NCBI GenBank assembly: GCA_002256025.1
Contig: NKIB01013746.1
Location: 1 to 52,300, forward strand
DNA from: Asterionella formosa
Taxonomy: Eukaryota
Direction: 5' to 3'
Length of the DNA: 52,300 nt
Part shown: positions 48,366 through 52,300 of the stretch, piece after piece
Layout: each line of letters starts with the position of its first letter
Position numbering within the stretch: the first letter of the stretch is position 1
Program-made: the position numbers and the translations under genes
Notes under the pieces: model-generated
What the model saw: the letters and a program-made list of their open reading frames with translations, nothing else
Databases searched by the model: none
Told to the model about the DNA's origin: nothing

Positions 48366-49169
48366 CATTGGTTTAATACTCGAACCATCATGCATTTTTT
48401 GTCTTTTTGCTTTGAACCAAACAAAATATCGTAAGTAATCCGAGTTCACACTAAAGAACGAATATTTGCAGGTATGGTAAAATTTTCAAATGCACTGAAT
48501 TGACCCATTGAGACTGAATCTTACGTCTAGATGAATATAAATACCTTCTGAAGCAGCTGTTTAATTTAACTAGGAACAAGATACTAAAATACCAATGCCT
48601 TCTGACATGAATCCAACAAAACGTATTTCAGAGCGAGAGATGCGATTTAAGGGCTAGTCGAACTAATCAAACAGATGAGAGAAGACAGCGGGTCAATTCA
48701 GTTTATTACTGGTACAGAAACCTGGAAATCTTGCTTACCTTGCATGCCATGAATCATCAGATAAGTCTGATACACACTCTCAATACAAAGCAAGTATTCT
48801 TATACTGGGCGCACTTCGAAATACCATTAATTTGTGTCAAAATTATTTTATCACAAATATTCTTTGGTGATATAATGTATAATATTGTCATTGCACACTC
48901 TCATATACTGGAATTATTTCAGACTACTTTTCTGACCGTAAGTATTAATTTAATTATAATTTATAACAGTTAAATTTTCATACTGATGCAGCCTCTTGTG
49001 TGTTATATAGCAGTGCTACATACGACATTGTGCTGGCAAGCAATTATGCATCCAATTCCAAATTGATACATGTTAATCTTTTTGATATTAATCCAGTTGT
49101 ACCAACATATTATTAGAACAGTACCAGGTAAGTGCAGGTCAAAGCTCAGAGGCAGATCTGAATCCAACA

Positions 49170-49400
49170 GCAGTGCAAGGCAACACTTGGGCTAGTACCA
49201 CAATGATAAATCAATTATGGAAAGTAAGTATTGGAGCATGGAAATATCAAAACGAGGTGCTTCATAACGGGAAAAACAATACAATTTCACAATCGGAACA
49301 TGAAGAAAAAGTTGAAATGTACTACAGTAGAAAAGGGGAAATATCGAGTAGAGATGTTCATCTTTTTGGCATGAAGGTAGAGTTATTGACAGTGCGGAAT
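49170..49400 (+). mobile_element. 3' fragment of a non-LTR (LINE) ORF2
   Basis: GNTWAS..INQLWKVSIGAWKYQNEVLH matches the W...LW...W..RN..LH motif at LINE C-termini. Confidence 0.55.
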
Positions 49401-50387
49401 AGAAAAAATGAGGTTTTTAGGAAGGGCAAAATGTATTTTCTCCGCCTCCAAGGAAGAGCAGAACAGGACAAAACTCGATTCAGGCTTATTTTTCTCCAAA
49501 ATAACAAGGAAAACCACCAACACATCCACAGGGGAACTGCGACAGAAAGGGAGATCTCTTACCCAAACCACCATAAATATCCAATTCTCCAATTGACATG
49601 AGGAGTGCAGCCCCAAAAAAGCTCAAAGAACAATGCTACCATCATGGAAACCGAATGAAATATGTCTCTGTCGTAATAAAATCATGAATAGAAAACAGTT
49701 ATTCCATATGCATTCATGGTAGTTACATTTACATGGGCCATCATACCACCATCTTTTTAATGACTTTGATCATCAAAACAAGCATACTTTTTCATTTTCT
49801 TCCTTTCTGTTATTGCCACTTCTGCGGTTGCACAATCCATAATTGAAGGCAACAAGATGTTCACACTATTCTATTGTAATATTTTTTCCATATGTCCACT
49901 GGTTTCGAGCCCTGGAAGACTCTAGAGGCTGTCAGGGCTCTATGTTACTTGGTAAACATGATTGACCTCCCCCTGGTATAAGATGCATCCTCCCTACCAA
50001 TTTATTGGAATATAGATAAATACTACCACCATCTATGAGTTACTTCATAGTGCGAAGCTGTGAAATTGCAGAAGTCACTGCTATGGCATCAAATGTCAAT
50101 CTTACATGTTTCAATGACTTTACACATACTTCGTTTGACTGCTGCCTGGATGAGTGAGCAGAAGAGCGAACAAAAGAGCTTCTCAATTGCATTGCTCTAA
50201 AGGAAAAATCTTACACTGAGAAAAATACAACCTTGAATGCGGAAATTTGCGATACAATAGATCTCAACCAGATTTTAGCAATCCAGAAACTGAGCTTATG
50301 GCATGGAATCAGCGAGCTCTGAGAAAACATGTTTTGGGTGTCATTCGATCCCTGTTCCTCCTAGCAAGCAATTTTTGATTCATGGCT

Positions 50388-51338
50388 TTATTTGGTGCAT
50401 GAGATGCATCCCTCCTGCTCATGGCAACTTGCTGATGTGTCTACATCAATCGAAGCAACAATAATTTCTTCAGGCTGTTGTTCGCCAGTTGCATCTACAA
50501 TGTCAGGAGCAAGTACGTCACCCTCACAATAACTCGAAGCAACAAGTTTAACCCTGTTTTCGCCAAGTGTGACCAAAGTTGGTGGCAGGAAAATTGCGGA
50601 CTCTATTTTTTCGACAGGTGCCTGTAAGGATAGCATAATTTCTTCCATTTCTAGAGGTTCCTGTAAGGGTGGCATAATTCCTTCCATTTCATCGTTTTCA
50701 TTCCTTAATCCTTGATCAATCGTCGGTAATACAGGTGCATTATGTGTTTCTGTAACATTAGTGTTCACTGATGCACCTGTTCCATTTTCGTCGTGAAGTA
50801 ATATCAGATCATTGCCACTCTTTCTATTGGTACCCACCAAATAGTTTCGTCGACAACATGGGCATGTTTGTTTCTTTTGCAGCCATTCCAATATACAGTC
50901 CTTATGAAATATGTGGCCACAATCTGTGTTTCTAGAAGACGCCACCACGTCACCGATTTCATAGTCCATAATACAGATGTCACAGGTTGATTTCGTTAAT
51001 GAATCCAACAAACGGGTCGCTGCTATAGTGGCAGTACCTGATGGTCCTTCCTGGGGGTCAAATGCCTCATTGTCAACAACGAGTTCTATGTCCAGCATAG
51101 CTTCCATCTGCTCTCGAGTCTTTGGTGGAAACAACAAGAAGCAAAAGATGCAAGAAATAAATAAAAGAAGGAGAAGTAATGGAAGGACGAAAACAATTAG
51201 AAAAATGAGTTTGACAGCTAACGAAATAGCATTGGAAACACGAGAACTTATTGGTCGACCTGCTGGTACATCGTCGTCGAATGGCGATCCAGTTGGAATT
51301 TCTAACGTGACTGTCGATGTAGTGGTAGTAGGGCTCAT
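50388..51338 (-). CDS. Transmembrane RING-H2 E3 ubiquitin ligase (ATL-like), ~316 aa; upstream exon possible
   Basis: TM LIFLIVFVLPLLLLLLFISCIFCFLLF; CDIC..DY..GD...CGHIFHKDCILEWL..KQTCPCCR. Confidence 0.9.
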   Translation of the reverse strand: MSPTTTTSTVTLEIPTGSPFDDDVPAGRPISSRVSNAISLAVKLIFLIVFVLPLLLLLLFISCIFCFLLFPPKTREQMEAMLDIELVVDNEAFDPQEGPSGTATIAATRLLDSLTKSTCDICIMDYEIGDVVASSRNTDCGHIFHKDCILEWLQKKQTCPCCRRNYLVGTNRKSGNDLILLHDENGTGASVNTNVTETHNAPVLPTIDQGLRNENDEMEGIMPPLQEPLEMEEIMLSLQAPVEKIESAIFLPPTLVTLGENRVKLVASSYCEGDVLAPDIVDATGEQQPEEIIVASIDVDTSASCHEQEGCISCTK

Positions 51339-52300
51339 GGCGCTTGCTGGAGATCTCTACGAACCAACTGTGAATACAACCAAAGCCAGTAAGGCTTGGG
51401 TTGGGTTTTTCATGCACAAAAAGATCGAATTCGCTTTGATGTAATCGAGTCGTGCTATGTTCCACCTCAAGCAAGCACAGAGCACTTGTTCGTATATCGG
51501 TAGTAGTAACATCCGAGCAGGAGCAGAACCATGGCAGCAATCTCAACAGTATATACCGGTAGTCCATAGTTGACTACCTGGTGGAGTACCGGGTAACAGT
51601 ACTCCGTAGTGCTGTTTGTATGTACGTATTCCACCAGCGCGGTACCTGCTACCACTTAAAAACTGTAAGCCACCGTTATTTTACTCTATCTTTCGACTAA
51701 AAATATTTATGTAATTCAACGATCAAAACTTGACGCAAGTACAAAGCTTATGTTAGACAATGCTCTCTGCTATACTATTAAGTAATCAGTTTTGATTCTG
51801 TGTATATAGCCATGAAGAAATAATTTTTCCAAAGTCAGTAATATTATTGCATAGCGGTGGCTTACAGTGCACATTTTTCTATTTGTACATGCATATATTT
51901 TCCCCCCAAACCGTGTTTATTTTTACTCCGTTAATACTACAAAAATTATTTTCTTATTACTTTACGTTTTACACTTTTGCAGGGCAGCATCATCGTCGGA
52001 GAATTCTTCTGATGCATTACATAAATCTCGAGCTTCTTTGCATCCAATTACTTGCTGACGGAGTCTCAAACTTCATCATGGAATGGTGGATCCTCGGCAG
52101 TAGCAGTTGTAGAAGGAGAGGGAATAGCAACAGGAGGAGGTGCAGTAACAACAACCACAGCAATAGGAGGTGTATGGAGAGGGAATGGCGGCTGCTGGTC
52201 ACCACGGTGATTGGTGTCGTCGAATCTTGTAATCAGAGCTTGCCTTGTTTGTGGAACCGGCAAATCACCTGATCGTTTGTACCAACGCACCATTAATTTC

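Overview
Eukaryotic, almost certainly diatom (stramenopile) nuclear DNA; not prokaryotic, and no CRISPR, rRNA or tRNA was seen. The window has two compartments. About 1-39 kb is a nested transposon and satellite graveyard containing two intact paralogous sulfotransferase-like genes. About 39.4-52.3 kb is gene-dense: PDX1 with one intron, a PX+SYLF protein, a 1.2k-aa uncharacterised protein and a TM-RING-H2 ligase. Most notable: (1) a Mutator-type (MULE) transposase whose DDE domain appears cleanly split between two convergent genes (1-2380); (2) an endonuclease-less Penelope-like retroelement bracketed by two identical type-I hammerhead ribozymes (24091-27796); (3) two ~3.4-4 kb inverted arms, each loaded with two different ~190-200 bp satellites and associated with pogo-like transposase remnants, enclosing 35 kb (3953-38946); (4) a structured ~130-nt RNA with two mutually exclusive pairings inside the intron of the vitamin-B6 gene PDX1 (H/ACA snoRNA-like, or a splicing switch); (5) CCTGGTA/TACCAGG heptamer fields concentrated upstream of intact genes. 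All family calls come from motif recognition by eye; no searches were run.
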